A DNA stretch of 64,000 bases from an uncultured virus (IMG/VR IMGVR_UViG_3300002092_000003) (IMGVR_UViG_3300002092_000003:1-64000), one strand, 5' to 3'; positions 9,167 through 18,984 are shown, numbered from the stretch's first letter. The notes: generated by a model not told the origin, from the sequence alone. Numbers and translations: made by a program.

Positions 9167-11641
9167 ATGACTGATTTTACAATAGAGACACAGCAAGAAT
9201 ATGACGAGTTTATAAGCTGTTTAGCCGATGGTAGTGCTGAAGTGTTAGCTAAGTCAGATAACATACTGCAAACGTCCGTAGGCTCTGTAATGCTCTCAGA
9301 AGAGTATAAGAATAAGCTTGCTCAGGATGATTTAATCTACGGTAAGAATAAGCTTTCGCATATTACGAACATTAGTTACAAAAACGACAATGTTCATATT
9401 TTCCGTGAGTTTGAGGGGAAAATACAAGAAAATATTATGCCGTTCGCACAGTATGTTTTGTCTCCTCACAGTGCTACTGGAGCACAGAGACTTACCGGCG
9501 ATACCCATTATAAATATATAAAGGAATATGCGACGGAATCTGCATTTTTAGAAATCAAAAAGAACGTATATAAATACAGACTTTATCATTTGAATTATCC
9601 ACCAGAGGCATTTATGACTCGCCATGGATATACATACTTTAAAGGCATGAAGCCTAAAGAATTAAGTATGGTGTCTTTTGATATTGAAACTTCTGGGCTG
9701 AATAATCAAGCTAAAAACGCTACAATATATTTAATTACTAATACATACCGTAAAGGTGACTATTACGAAAATAAGACATTCAATTGCGATGATTATAAAG
9801 ATAACGGAGAAATGCTTTTAGCATGGTGCGAATGGATTCGTGACGTTAATCCGTCGTTAATTCTTGGACATAATATATATGTATTTGATTTGCCTTATAT
9901 TCGAGCAATAGCTAATAAATTTAATGTTCCATTGGAATTAGGGCGCGATGGTTCTGAATTATTCTTTGAGGAACGTCCACGAGAAAAACGTAAAGATGGA
10001 TCGCAGTCATATAGCTACCACCGACCTATTTGTTTTGGTCGTGATATGCTTGATACATTCTTTCTAGTATTAACTGCTGACAGTCAACGACAATTAACTT
10101 CTTATGCACTTAAATCTATTATCAAAGAATTAGGGATGGAAGAAGAAGGGCGTGTATTTATTGATGCAGGTAAGATAAACGAATATTGGAAAGATCCTGT
10201 AATGCGAGATTTAGTAATTAAATACGGAGAAGCCGATAGCCGAGATAGTATAAAGTTATATGATCATTACGCTACACCGTTTTTTTATTTCACTAACCAC
10301 ATACCAAAGCCATTTCAGCTAATGATGGAATCTGCTACTGGTTCACAGATTAATATGTTTTTAGTTCGTGCTTATTTACAGAATAATGAAAGTATCCCCA
10401 TGGCTACCGATTTAACCGATGTAAAGGTTGAAGGTGGTATTTCTTTTGCTGTTCCGGGTATTTATCGTAATATGGTAAAAGTAGATTTAAAATCAGCTTA
10501 TCCAAGTCAGATATTGAGATTTAAGCTATATGACGAAAAGAAAGATCCTAAAGCTTATTTTTATGAAATGGTAAAACATTTTACTTATGCTAGATTTGAG
10601 TACAAAAGATTAGGAAAAGAAACTGGTGATAGTCATTATAAGGATTTAGATGCTGTTAGCAAAATCTTTATTAACAGTAGCTATGGTGTTACCAATACAA
10701 ACGGATTACATTTTAATAACAGTGAAATAGCAAAGAAAATTACTGGCGAGTCTCGTGCTGTAATCGATATGGCATTGCGCTGGGCTAGCGGTAATAATAA
10801 AGATTACTGGATGGAAAAGTTTAGAATAAGCGTTGGAAAAGATGACGATGAAATTCCACATCTCAGTATTCCTGTTGTGCTTCCCGTAAATAAATCTTAT
10901 GATTTTACTATTGGGGCGACTGATACAGATTCTATTTCATTTTCAAAAGCTGATATGTCTCCAATTTCACCAGAAGAGGTTAAGGTTCTTACTGCTGAAT
11001 TAAATAGTATTTCCCCTAATATGATGGTATGGGAAGATGACGGCTATTTCGAGTGTATGATATGCTTTAAAGCGAAGAACTATGTACTATATGATGGTAA
11101 AAAAATTAAACTTAAGGGATCATCGCTAATTGACCAGAAACGTGAACCAGCTTTACGTGAGATGACAAAATTAATGATTGATGATTTAGTATTCAATAGT
11201 GGAGGGCGATTAGTTGATATTTATGAAAATTATATCCGTGAAGCTAAATCTCCTGATGATATCATGCGTTGGGCACAGAAAAAAACTGTAACTAAAGCTA
11301 TTACAAATTGTGCTAAAGATCCTGATGCGCGAGCTAATGAACGTGTGGTATATGATGCAATAAAACATAAACATATTCAGGAAGGCGATAAAGTATACTT
11401 ATTTCCTTGTATCTTGGATAGACAAATTGAAACCACTGTAACTAAAAACGGTAAAGAAAAACACAAAGAAATACTAAAAAAGGGCTTATGTTTAGCCGAT
11501 GAATGGGTAGGACAGCATGATTATAATAAGTTAGTTGAAAGAGTTGTTGCAACTATCGAAATATTAGCGAATGTTGTTGACATGTCCAAATTTATCGATT
11601 ACTCTCTAGTTAAGAATAAGCTCTTATTGGAGGAGTTATGA
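9167..11641 (+). CDS. family B DNA polymerase with 3'-5' exonuclease
   Basis: Exo motifs SFDIETSG, GHNIYVFDLPY, YGEAD; Pol motifs VDLKSAYPS, KIFINSSYG, ATDTDS, KNY. Confidence 0.93.
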   Translation: MTDFTIETQQEYDEFISCLADGSAEVLAKSDNILQTSVGSVMLSEEYKNKLAQDDLIYGKNKLSHITNISYKNDNVHIFREFEGKIQENIMPFAQYVLSPHSATGAQRLTGDTHYKYIKEYATESAFLEIKKNVYKYRLYHLNYPPEAFMTRHGYTYFKGMKPKELSMVSFDIETSGLNNQAKNATIYLITNTYRKGDYYENKTFNCDDYKDNGEMLLAWCEWIRDVNPSLILGHNIYVFDLPYIRAIANKFNVPLELGRDGSELFFEERPREKRKDGSQSYSYHRPICFGRDMLDTFFLVLTADSQRQLTSYALKSIIKELGMEEEGRVFIDAGKINEYWKDPVMRDLVIKYGEADSRDSIKLYDHYATPFFYFTNHIPKPFQLMMESATGSQINMFLVRAYLQNNESIPMATDLTDVKVEGGISFAVPGIYRNMVKVDLKSAYPSQILRFKLYDEKKDPKAYFYEMVKHFTYARFEYKRLGKETGDSHYKDLDAVSKIFINSSYGVTNTNGLHFNNSEIAKKITGESRAVIDMALRWASGNNKDYWMEKFRISVGKDDDEIPHLSIPVVLPVNKSYDFTIGATDTDSISFSKADMSPISPEEVKVLTAELNSISPNMMVWEDDGYFECMICFKAKNYVLYDGKKIKLKGSSLIDQKREPALREMTKLMIDDLVFNSGGRLVDIYENYIREAKSPDDIMRWAQKKTVTKAITNCAKDPDARANERVVYDAIKHKHIQEGDKVYLFPCILDRQIETTVTKNGKEKHKEILKKGLCLADEWVGQHDYNKLVERVVATIEILANVVDMSKFIDYSLVKNKLLLEEL

Positions 11642-11949
11642 ATAAATACATAAACACAATTTCACAGCTAATACATGCGATAGGATTAACGTTATTCCTT
11701 CTGTTTTTAATTACTGCTCCTATAATACTTACCATTGCTGGATACAGCGATTTACATCGAAAATATATCGTTGGCACTTGCCTTCGAAATTCCGTAAGTA
11801 CTATCAAGATAACAACATTGCATTTAGATGGCAGATTTGATATCACAACAAGCCCTACCAGCTATGTAGATTACAACAGCAAGCTTGTGACTCGTAGCTA
11901 TTTAGACGAATATAATTTTCACATCGTTGACTGTCGGGAGTTTATCTAA
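11638..11949 (+). CDS. membrane protein, hypothetical
   Basis: N-terminal hydrophobic helix; GGAGG SD. Confidence 0.6.
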   Translation: MNKYINTISQLIHAIGLTLFLLFLITAPIILTIAGYSDLHRKYIVGTCLRNSVSTIKITTLHLDGRFDITTSPTSYVDYNSKLVTRSYLDEYNFHIVDCREFI

Positions 11950-12143
11950 TGACAAAAATACAATACATAAAGCTTCTCACACAAGCAAAGCTGAAAACTA
12001 CAGATGATTTCTTCGCGTGGCTGATAGAGTCTCCTAGTTTCATAGACTTATCGCCTATAGAGATCGAAATCAACTTCTTGCTGTACTCAGTTGCCTTCGA
12101 TGCATACTGCGTTGCTGCATTCGAGTACGGCAATGAGCACTAA
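11949..12143 (+). CDS. hypothetical protein
   Basis: coupled ORF with GGAG SD. Confidence 0.55.
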   Translation: MTKIQYIKLLTQAKLKTTDDFFAWLIESPSFIDLSPIEIEINFLLYSVAFDAYCVAAFEYGNEH

Positions 12144-12348
12144 ATACAGAGCTAAGTATTCCCGCAAAGGTAAGTATAATGGTTTTCACCACGATAAGTT
12201 GTTGCGCACTTTAAGCAGATGCGGTCCTTTAGTGAGTGTTTGTTGTTTATTTGGCATCGATGGTACGATTTTTGATAATGAATTCTTGAAAATATCCGAA
12301 CTTGTTATACAGAGTAAGCTTATAAGGAGTATACTGTGCGAGAAGTAA
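12133..12348 (+). CDS. small protein, SKL-motif family
   Basis: MSTKYRAKY...ELVIQSKLIRSILCEK*. Confidence 0.7.
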   Translation: MSTKYRAKYSRKGKYNGFHHDKLLRTLSRCGPLVSVCCLFGIDGTIFDNEFLKISELVIQSKLIRSILCEK

Positions 12349-12524
12349 TTAAACTGCAGAAGCATATAATCGAAGAGATCGTAGAAGTAATCGCTGAAGA
12401 GCTTGACATGCCTTCTATAGGGCTTGAAGAGAACGAAGTGCTCGTGCAGCTAGTATCTCTCAGTATTGCGCTGTACCTGTCTAAGCTGAATCCTGAGAAC
12501 GATAAGAAAGGGGAAATACATTGA
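12336..12524 (+). CDS. hypothetical protein
   Basis: GTG start; its SD AAGGAG lies inside the upstream motif codons. Confidence 0.65.
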   Translation: MREVIKLQKHIIEEIVEVIAEELDMPSIGLEENEVLVQLVSLSIALYLSKLNPENDKKGEIH

Positions 12525-12796
12525 AAATAGCTAGACTGCGTGTAAAAACTCTCCGCGAGCTTGCAAGAGAATTCGATGACATTACTCTCGGACTTGAAGG
12601 TGACATCTTCGTAAAGGATGCTGGCATGTCTACCATCAATCGCAGTATCCTTGGACGCACTGTGTTAGGGCATCCTAGTGCTGATGGTACACAATATATA
12701 CTATTATGCTATATAGATAACGATAGGGCTAAACAAACTCTAAATAGTATTCTATATAAGGAATATGTACAAATATTGGCTGAGGGAGAAATATGA
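12521..12796 (+). CDS. hypothetical protein
   Basis: coupled ORF. Confidence 0.55.
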   Translation: MKIARLRVKTLRELAREFDDITLGLEGDIFVKDAGMSTINRSILGRTVLGHPSADGTQYILLCYIDNDRAKQTLNSILYKEYVQILAEGEI

Positions 12797-12990
12797 GTGC
12801 AGATTATCTGTATAATAATCTCAATAAGAATAAAACAGCCTTAGATGCAGTCAAATACTTTATTCGCCGACTTGAGAAAGAACCTATACATTCTATATGG
12901 TTCAAAAAGAACGCTGATGACAACTTTGAAATAAAGCTTAAGGCAGTAAAATCAGCGGTATTACTTGCTTTACTTAAGGAGCATATATGA
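12793..12990 (+). CDS. small protein, SKL-motif family (divergent)
   Basis: ends LKAVKSAVLLALLKEHI*. Confidence 0.55.
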   Translation: MSADYLYNNLNKNKTALDAVKYFIRRLEKEPIHSIWFKKNADDNFEIKLKAVKSAVLLALLKEHI

Positions 12991-13104
12991 GAAGATTACT
13001 AAAATTACTGTGGAAGCTTAAAAGAGAAAACAGAATACTAAAACGGTGTGTTACGCAATATAGTGACAACGGATTTCGCCTAGCCAAGAAGTGCTTAACA
13101 GAGC

Positions 13105-13133
13105 TTGACAATAACAAATAAGTGTAGTACTAT
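13105..13133 (+). promoter_or_regulatory. sigma70-type promoter
   Basis: TTGACA-17 nt-TACTAT. Confidence 0.65.
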
Positions 13134-13157
13134 AGAAATTATACCGTAACATAGGAA

Positions 13158-14324
13158 TTGTTTATGAGTTTTAAATGGGACAGCGAATCGATAAAGGAAT
13201 TAATTAGGCTTAGGCAACAAGGTAAAACTTGGAACGAGCTTACAAAGAAATTCCCCGGAAATACCGCCAATGCTTTACGAAAAACTTTCTATCGATATGA
13301 CGGAATAGATTCTGCCTCTGATCCTGTTGTTGAAAGCTTAAAGAAAGAAAATAGCGCAAAGAAAGCTCGATCTATTGTATTAAAACAAAATAATCATATT
13401 GTATCTTATTTTGAAAAAAGACAAGATCTAATATCTGAAATTAAAGATTTAGTAGATAATACTAAATTTACTAAACCTAAGATTGTCAAGCCTAAAATTG
13501 ATAAAAAAAAAAGAAATATGACGGTAGAAGTCATGCTCACCGATTTACACTATGGTAAAAAAACAAAGACGTTTAATGCTGTAGTCGCTAGACAGCGTAT
13601 GAAAAAGTATGGTGAAGTTGTACTTTCTGATTACAAACGATATTCTGCACATTACAACGTTGAGCACTTCATTTTGTATATGGGTGGAGATATGATTGAA
13701 AATGCTAGCTTTCACGGATCAGAGTCGCTAAGAGCCTCTGAATTCGGAAACAGTGAGCAGGTAGTATTAGCTATACGTTCCCTTTATGAAGACTTAATAG
13801 TGCCTGTTGCGGCTACGGGAAGGCGTATTACGATTGTTGCAGTTAGGGGTAATCACGATAGATACTCAGAACACCAGACATACCAAGATCCCGGAAAAGA
13901 AGATCTTACTTGGATTATTTATAAAACACTTGAACAACTTTGTCAGCTCGCTAAACTAAATAATATTACATTTAAAATTCCTGAAGGTGTTTATCATGTA
14001 GAGGAAATTTACGGATGTCCTGTATTATATGAGCATGGCGATCATGTTAAAGGTGGATTAGCTCGTAAGACGTTTGAATCACATATGTCAAAAAGAAGTA
14101 AGCAAGTTGGTAAATTAATTAAATTTGGCAGATTTGGGCACTTCCATGAAAAGACTATGTTTGGGCGCGGTAAGATTATTGTTAATGCGTCTTTAGCTGG
14201 ACAAGATGGATATAGTGAAATAAATGGCTATGATTCTGAAGCATCTCAGACAATAAATTACTATATTGAAACTGAAAATCGCCCAGACCCATTTTACCAT
14301 TCTTTTCCGGTGTGTTTAGAGTAA
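13158..14324 (+). CDS. calcineurin-like metallophosphoesterase with N-terminal HTH-like region
   Basis: TDLHYG, GGDMIE, GNHD, EHGD, GHFH motifs. Confidence 0.85.
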   Translation: MFMSFKWDSESIKELIRLRQQGKTWNELTKKFPGNTANALRKTFYRYDGIDSASDPVVESLKKENSAKKARSIVLKQNNHIVSYFEKRQDLISEIKDLVDNTKFTKPKIVKPKIDKKKRNMTVEVMLTDLHYGKKTKTFNAVVARQRMKKYGEVVLSDYKRYSAHYNVEHFILYMGGDMIENASFHGSESLRASEFGNSEQVVLAIRSLYEDLIVPVAATGRRITIVAVRGNHDRYSEHQTYQDPGKEDLTWIIYKTLEQLCQLAKLNNITFKIPEGVYHVEEIYGCPVLYEHGDHVKGGLARKTFESHMSKRSKQVGKLIKFGRFGHFHEKTMFGRGKIIVNASLAGQDGYSEINGYDSEASQTINYYIETENRPDPFYHSFPVCLE

Positions 14325-14866
14325 CTATGGATTGTAAAATTTGTCAAAAACCATTCGTAGCTAGATCCCATAAACATCTTATCTGTAGTATAGGGTGTAC
14401 TGAAGAAAATAAAAGAAGAATTTCTTTAGAATCTTATTATAGAGTAAAAGGGGATGACATTCCAAAAAGGGAGCGAACTTACAACACGGATTTTCCTAAA
14501 GTTAGTAAGAGAGAGCAAAGAGCTAAATATAGGGCAAAAAATAAAGATAAGATTAAACAAAGATCTAGGGACTACAATGCAAAAAGCTACAATACTAGAA
14601 AAAATTACCATTTAAAAAAACATTTTAATATAACACTAGATGAATATAATAATTTACTAGAATTACAAGATCATAGTTGTAAGATCTGTTTAAATCATGA
14701 AAGCACCTTCACTAAAAAGCTAGCAGTAGATCACTGTCATTCTACCGGAAAAATAAGAGGTTTACTTTGCGATAATTGTAACCGTTCAATAGGAATGTTG
14801 AAAGATTCTATCGAAATTTTACAAAATGCCATTAATTATTTAAAAAAGAGTCAAGAAGATGATTAG
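14312..14866 (+). CDS. recombination endonuclease VII-like (homing) endonuclease
   Basis: CKIC...LAVDHCHSTGKIRGLLCDNCNRSIG. Confidence 0.88.
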   Translation: MFRVTMDCKICQKPFVARSHKHLICSIGCTEENKRRISLESYYRVKGDDIPKRERTYNTDFPKVSKREQRAKYRAKNKDKIKQRSRDYNAKSYNTRKNYHLKKHFNITLDEYNNLLELQDHSCKICLNHESTFTKKLAVDHCHSTGKIRGLLCDNCNRSIGMLKDSIEILQNAINYLKKSQEDD

Positions 14867-15395
14867 AGACAGAGAAATTGAACGCCTAATCAGCTACGCA
14901 AAAGGTTTAGGCTTGCAAGTCATATACGACGACAAGACAGATAACAATGCTGCCGCTAGCTGGGCACTTGATGGCTCTGAAATTACTTTATATTCTCGTA
15001 CTAAACAAAATAAGACTGAACTTATCATAGCTTTGGTCCATGAGCTAGGGCATCACCTGCATTGGATATATCAGAAACAGCGTAAACATGACTTTAAATT
15101 TGATGAAGCTATCACTCGCGAAATGCTTGTTGAGAATAAGCTTACATCTATCCCTACTCCCAAACACCTACGCAAGAAAATACTAGACATTGAAAAAGCT
15201 GGAGCTGAATACTGGCACACAGTGTATAAAGATGTCGGCTTAAAAATCCCACTGTGGAAAGTAAACATGTGGAAAGAGTTTGACATTTGGCAATACGAAG
15301 TGTATTATCAAAAAGGAGCTTTTGCAAATGTTAAAGTTAGAAAAGCAAAGCTGAAAACTCTAATGGAGAAATACAAGAATGCTAGTAGTAATTAG
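14859..15395 (+). CDS. ImmA/IrrE-like metallopeptidase
   Basis: LVHELGHH motif with downstream E. Confidence 0.6.
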   Translation: MIRDREIERLISYAKGLGLQVIYDDKTDNNAAASWALDGSEITLYSRTKQNKTELIIALVHELGHHLHWIYQKQRKHDFKFDEAITREMLVENKLTSIPTPKHLRKKILDIEKAGAEYWHTVYKDVGLKIPLWKVNMWKEFDIWQYEVYYQKGAFANVKVRKAKLKTLMEKYKNASSN

Positions 15396-15990
15396 TGGAA
15401 AAGCTCGCCATGGCAAGGATTCTGTATTCAACATCTTAGCTCAATGCGGAGGCTTTAAGCGTATAGCATTCGCCGATCCCCTTAAACGCATATGCTCTCA
15501 AGTATTCAATCTCCCCTTAGAAACATTCTACGACGATGCTATAAAAGACTCCCCCTTCGCCTCTCCCATCAAATGGGCATATCCCTATCAAATACAATTA
15601 GAGTACCTTACAGGCGGCAAGCTACCTGCCTTAGATTTTGTATTCCTTTCTCCGCGAGATCTTCTACAGAAAGTTGGCACTGATATTGTCAGACAGTATA
15701 TTGCAGATGATTTCTGGATTAAGCTACTGGTAAAGGAACTGCAAGAGATGGACGGTAACGTAGCTATTACAGACGCTAGGTTCCAAAATGAACGCGATGC
15801 GCTGAAAGCTATTGGCGGAATGCTAATGCTCGTTAAAAAGCCTAGCAGCGAAGCTGCGGGCGACAGCCATGTGACAGAGAACGATCTTGGAAGCGAAGCT
15901 GACTATTCTATTATAATTAATAACGATGGTACTTTAGCAGAGCTTGACCATGATGTGAAGATGTGGTATAGTCTTAAATATGCTAGGTAG
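15379..15990 (+). CDS. deoxynucleoside monophosphate kinase (T4 gp1-like)
   Basis: ISGKARHGKDS P-loop, FADPLK, RDLLQKVGT, ITDARFQNE, HVTE. Confidence 0.9.
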   Translation: MLVVISGKARHGKDSVFNILAQCGGFKRIAFADPLKRICSQVFNLPLETFYDDAIKDSPFASPIKWAYPYQIQLEYLTGGKLPALDFVFLSPRDLLQKVGTDIVRQYIADDFWIKLLVKELQEMDGNVAITDARFQNERDALKAIGGMLMLVKKPSSEAAGDSHVTENDLGSEADYSIIINNDGTLAELDHDVKMWYSLKYAR

Positions 15991-16216
15991 TAAATACAGA
16001 GAACATTTACGCGGAAAAAGAATAAAGTGGTTTGTACTTTCTAGGTTTATGAAAGAAGTATACAATATGCCATCAAGAGGTAGAAGCTTTGTAAGAGATA
16101 ATTCTACTAGACCTTGTAATTTCGCAGATTTAGATTGTACTTGGCTTCGACACGAAGTATACTATTCCCCTCTCATTAGGAGCTTACTTGATACAAAAAA
16201 TAAAAGAGCATCTTGA
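15980..16216 (+). CDS. small protein, SKL-motif family
   Basis: MLGSKYREHLRG...HEVYYSPLIRSLL followed by a short tail. Confidence 0.7.
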   Translation: MLGSKYREHLRGKRIKWFVLSRFMKEVYNMPSRGRSFVRDNSTRPCNFADLDCTWLRHEVYYSPLIRSLLDTKNKRAS

Positions 16217-16343
16217 ACGCAAAGCCCTTGGCTTAAACTTGTTTTATACCGATGCTGAATTACTGGAAGAAGCTTACTACGAATTGCTAATACTGTCGCA
16301 AGATTTAGAACGTGCTGAACAAGGTGATTTGCGTGAACTATAG
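16188..16343 (+). CDS. hypothetical protein (51 aa, TTG start, not in ORF track)
   Basis: SD AGGAG inside the upstream motif; (M)IQKIKEHLERK...GDLREL*. Confidence 0.55.
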   Translation: MIQKIKEHLERKALGLNLFYTDAELLEEAYYELLILSQDLERAEQGDLREL

Positions 16344-16536
16344 AGGTAAGTTATTTGACGGCAAATGGGTAGATTACTGCCACCCTAGTGATGCATTATT
16401 CCTTCTACTAAATAATAAATTTAGTTATACTGAATTTTGGAATGCTTGCAGTGTAGGTCATACTTCTTATGATTACCCCGTATTAGTTTATGTTTCTGAA
16501 GTGGGAGCAAGTTCTATTGTAAGGGCATTATGCTAG
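16333..16536 (+). CDS. small protein, SKL-motif family
   Basis: (M)NYRGK...SEVGASSIVRALC*. Confidence 0.65.
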   Translation: MNYRGKLFDGKWVDYCHPSDALFLLLNNKFSYTEFWNACSVGHTSYDYPVLVYVSEVGASSIVRALC

Positions 16537-16931
16537 ACAGACGAATATTTCTATGGCGTAAAGAAAACGGCGAATGGAAGTCTACTGCTATTAAAAACAT
16601 AGAGGCTGGCGACAAGATACTTGGTGCAGACTTCGAAAATAAAATCAATATAACGCTTACCGTTAAATCTGCCATTCCCATGGTGGCTCCTTATACGCAA
16701 GTATTCCTCAGCAATGGGCAAATACTATCCCTTGCAAAAACACCTTCATTGCTTACTGAGCTAGGCTGGGTAGAGCCTGTAAAGGGCACAAAGATTATTC
16801 ATGCGCGATATGAGCCTTATGTAATGAAAGTACGGCATAATTTATTAGGGTATAATTTTATTGACATAATGGTCGATAAAGACTATCCTATAATCGCAAG
16901 CAGTGGATACTATTTTAGAGCTAGGAGTTAG
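16530..16931 (+). CDS. stand-alone degenerate Hint-like domain protein
   Basis: AIKNIEAGDKILG, VFLSNGQILSLAKTPSLLTELGWVE and FIDIMV follow Hint block spacing; no catalytic Cys1 or block B His. Confidence 0.5.
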   Translation: MLDRRIFLWRKENGEWKSTAIKNIEAGDKILGADFENKINITLTVKSAIPMVAPYTQVFLSNGQILSLAKTPSLLTELGWVEPVKGTKIIHARYEPYVMKVRHNLLGYNFIDIMVDKDYPIIASSGYYFRARS

Positions 16932-16932
16932 T

Positions 16933-17112
16933 GTGCAATATCCCTTCAAATGCGATGATAGAATAAATTGGTGGGCAATTCGACATGTATTCTTGTTATT
17001 ATATAATCCACATGCTTTTACTTATAGAGCACAAGCTGGTAATCACAGCAAAGACAAGTACTTTTTTAAACAAGCAGTTTGGCAATCTAAAGTTATAAAG
17101 GCGTTATCGTAG
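16933..17112 (+). CDS. small protein, SKL-motif family
   Basis: ends KQAVWQSKVIKALS*; AGGAG SD before GTG. Confidence 0.72.
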   Translation: MQYPFKCDDRINWWAIRHVFLLLYNPHAFTYRAQAGNHSKDKYFFKQAVWQSKVIKALS

Positions 17113-17141
17113 AGGATGAAATCCTCGTTATGGGAGTAACT

Positions 17142-17342
17142 ATGAAATTCCGCCATTACCTTATAAATAAATTCGGCAGACCTCATTATAATCTTAACGA
17201 AATGATGTGTTGGGCTACTTATGAGTATGGTTATCCTCAAATACAAGAATGGGAAACAGGCGACAGGTATTCAGGTTACTACTTTGCAACGCAGGGTGTT
17301 ATGCAATCTAAAGTGGTCAGGAGCTTATGTGCGAAAGTTTAG
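17142..17342 (+). CDS. small protein, SKL-motif family
   Basis: MKFRHYL...QGVMQSKVVRSLCAKV*. Confidence 0.72.
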   Translation: MKFRHYLINKFGRPHYNLNEMMCWATYEYGYPQIQEWETGDRYSGYYFATQGVMQSKVVRSLCAKV

Positions 17343-17568
17343 AGAGCGGTATTTAGGTATGGATGTTTGCGGAACCGATCTCGGATACGATTGGATGGAT
17401 AGCATTACTGTTTATTGCAGAAAATCATATGAAGGTAATAATTACCCCGATATTGCTAATTGTTTAGAAGAACTCGAATCTGATTACATAATTAGACAAG
17501 CGGTACTAGATACTAAACTTATACGTTCATTACTTCTGGAGGAATACACTGAAGGAAAAAAAGAATAG
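17329..17568 (+). CDS. small protein, SKL-motif family
   Basis: (M)RKFRERYLG...RQAVLDTKLIRSLL followed by a short tail. Confidence 0.72.
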   Translation: MRKFRERYLGMDVCGTDLGYDWMDSITVYCRKSYEGNNYPDIANCLEELESDYIIRQAVLDTKLIRSLLLEEYTEGKKE

Positions 17569-17776
17569 CGAAATTGAGCATCTGAAAGGCATAATCCGTA
17601 AGCTTACAAAAGAAAATACTGAATTGCGAAAGCAGCTGAAAAAAGAACTTGTATTTGTGCCTAAACCTGACGCGGCTACTTGCAAAAAATGCAAAGCTGT
17701 GGTACACTTAATTGCAGTTCCCGGCGGTAAGAGATTTCTGTACTGTAAGGACTGTAAAACGAGAGAGGAAATATAA
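17549..17776 (+). CDS. coiled-coil + zinc ribbon protein (probable CTG start)
   Basis: GGAGG SD 6 nt before CTG; EIEHLKGIIRKLTKENTELRKQL, CKKC...CKDC. Confidence 0.6.
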   Translation: MKEKKNSEIEHLKGIIRKLTKENTELRKQLKKELVFVPKPDAATCKKCKAVVHLIAVPGGKRFLYCKDCKTREEI

Positions 17777-17929
17777 ATGACAATACTAGAAAAGCTAAAA
17801 GCAAAGATTAAGCAAATTCACCGCATACCCCCTTCAGACGAATTGGATGCTGATACAGAAACCATGTTGGATTATTTTGCTAAGGAAATACTGATTTTTG
17901 TGAAGGAACATAAAGATGAGCTGGAGTAA
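17777..17929 (+). CDS. hypothetical protein (50 aa)
   Basis: GAGG SD; MTILEKLKAKIK... Confidence 0.55.
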   Translation: MTILEKLKAKIKQIHRIPPSDELDADTETMLDYFAKEILIFVKEHKDELE

Positions 17930-18086
17930 GATCTATTTACCCGTAAACCTAATATACTGTGCGAGATATACTGAGATGACCTCTTGGTGTAATACTCTGC
18001 CACACTATACGGGAGATTCGGCTATTTGTAACTTTGCAATTGAATCTAAATTAATAAAGGCATTATATGGACAAAACTTATCGTAA
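17916..18086 (+). CDS. small protein, SKL-motif family (56 aa, not in ORF track)
   Basis: MSWSKIYLP...NFAIESKLIKALYGQNLS*. Confidence 0.72.
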   Translation: MSWSKIYLPVNLIYCARYTEMTSWCNTLPHYTGDSAICNFAIESKLIKALYGQNLS

Positions 18087-18252
18087 TCAGTATATTGGTA
18101 AAGAAGTTTACTATGCTGAACTACGTTTTATAAAAGCGAAGCTTTCGAGTGCTTATCCGTGGATATATGCGGATTTTGATGCTTGTGAATCAGATTCAGT
18201 ATTTGTATTTTTGGTAGTGCATTCTAAAGTAGTAGAGGCTGTGTATGGATAA
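18067..18252 (+). CDS. small protein, SKL-motif family
   Basis: MDKTYRNQYIG...FLVVHSKVVEAVYG*. Confidence 0.7.
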   Translation: MDKTYRNQYIGKEVYYAELRFIKAKLSSAYPWIYADFDACESDSVFVFLVVHSKVVEAVYG

Positions 18253-18625
18253 GAAATTAAAAGCTCGTGTTGTAAACATTCTCCGTCGTGCGTGGATGCG
18301 GGATAAAGAGCGTAGCGCGGCATATGCTGCTGCAAGACGCGGTAGAGGCTTATACGAGTGTGTGCTGTGTCCTAAAGGTATATTGCATGGTCCTAAAGAA
18401 GTACAGATCGATCATGTGCAAGGGTGTGTTCCTGTAACTGGAGCTACTACTATCGATGATTATGTAACTAGACTTTTTGTGCCCTCATCAGGACTGCAAA
18501 TATTATGTAAACCTCACCATAAAGAAAAAACATTAGCAGAAAATGAAGCAAGACGCAATTATCACTTGACACAGAAAGCAAAGAGTGCTAAACTGAAGAA
18601 GCGTTTGAAAAAGAGGAAGAAATGA
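18245..18625 (+). CDS. HNH endonuclease
   Basis: YECVLC...VQIDHV...LQILCKPHHKEKT. Confidence 0.8.
   Translation: MDKKLKARVVNILRRAWMRDKERSAAYAAARRGRGLYECVLCPKGILHGPKEVQIDHVQGCVPVTGATTIDDYVTRLFVPSSGLQILCKPHHKEKTLAENEARRNYHLTQKAKSAKLKKRLKKRKK
18566..18594 (+). promoter_or_regulatory. sigma70-type promoter
   Basis: TTGACA-17 nt-TAAACT with extended TG. Confidence 0.55.
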
Positions 18626-18873
18626 AATTTATTATACTATTATTACTAAATACTAATCTACATGCTAAAACTTTAAAATTTCAATATAAAGATCATGTTA
18701 AACTAATTAAAAATCTTACAGAAGATGATATATTTTATAAATGTAAAACTAGATTATATGAAATCATAGAATATACCAGAAATCCAAATGCTTATTTACT
18801 AAATTCGATAGGATCGGATGGAAAATGTGATAAAAATCAACCAGAAAATAATTTAATAAAGATAGTAAAATGA
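18622..18873 (+). CDS. secreted hypothetical protein
   Basis: signal-peptide-like MKFIILLLLNTNLHA. Confidence 0.55.
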   Translation: MKFIILLLLNTNLHAKTLKFQYKDHVKLIKNLTEDDIFYKCKTRLYEIIEYTRNPNAYLLNSIGSDGKCDKNQPENNLIKIVK

Positions 18874-18984
18874 AAGATTTAAGTTTAAAGGTGACGGGTG
18901 GATTTTGTATCCTTGCTGTTATTTTTATTCCTCTTGGATTTATAAAAGCAGCTGAATTATTGGCTAAATTACTAGGAAAATAAA

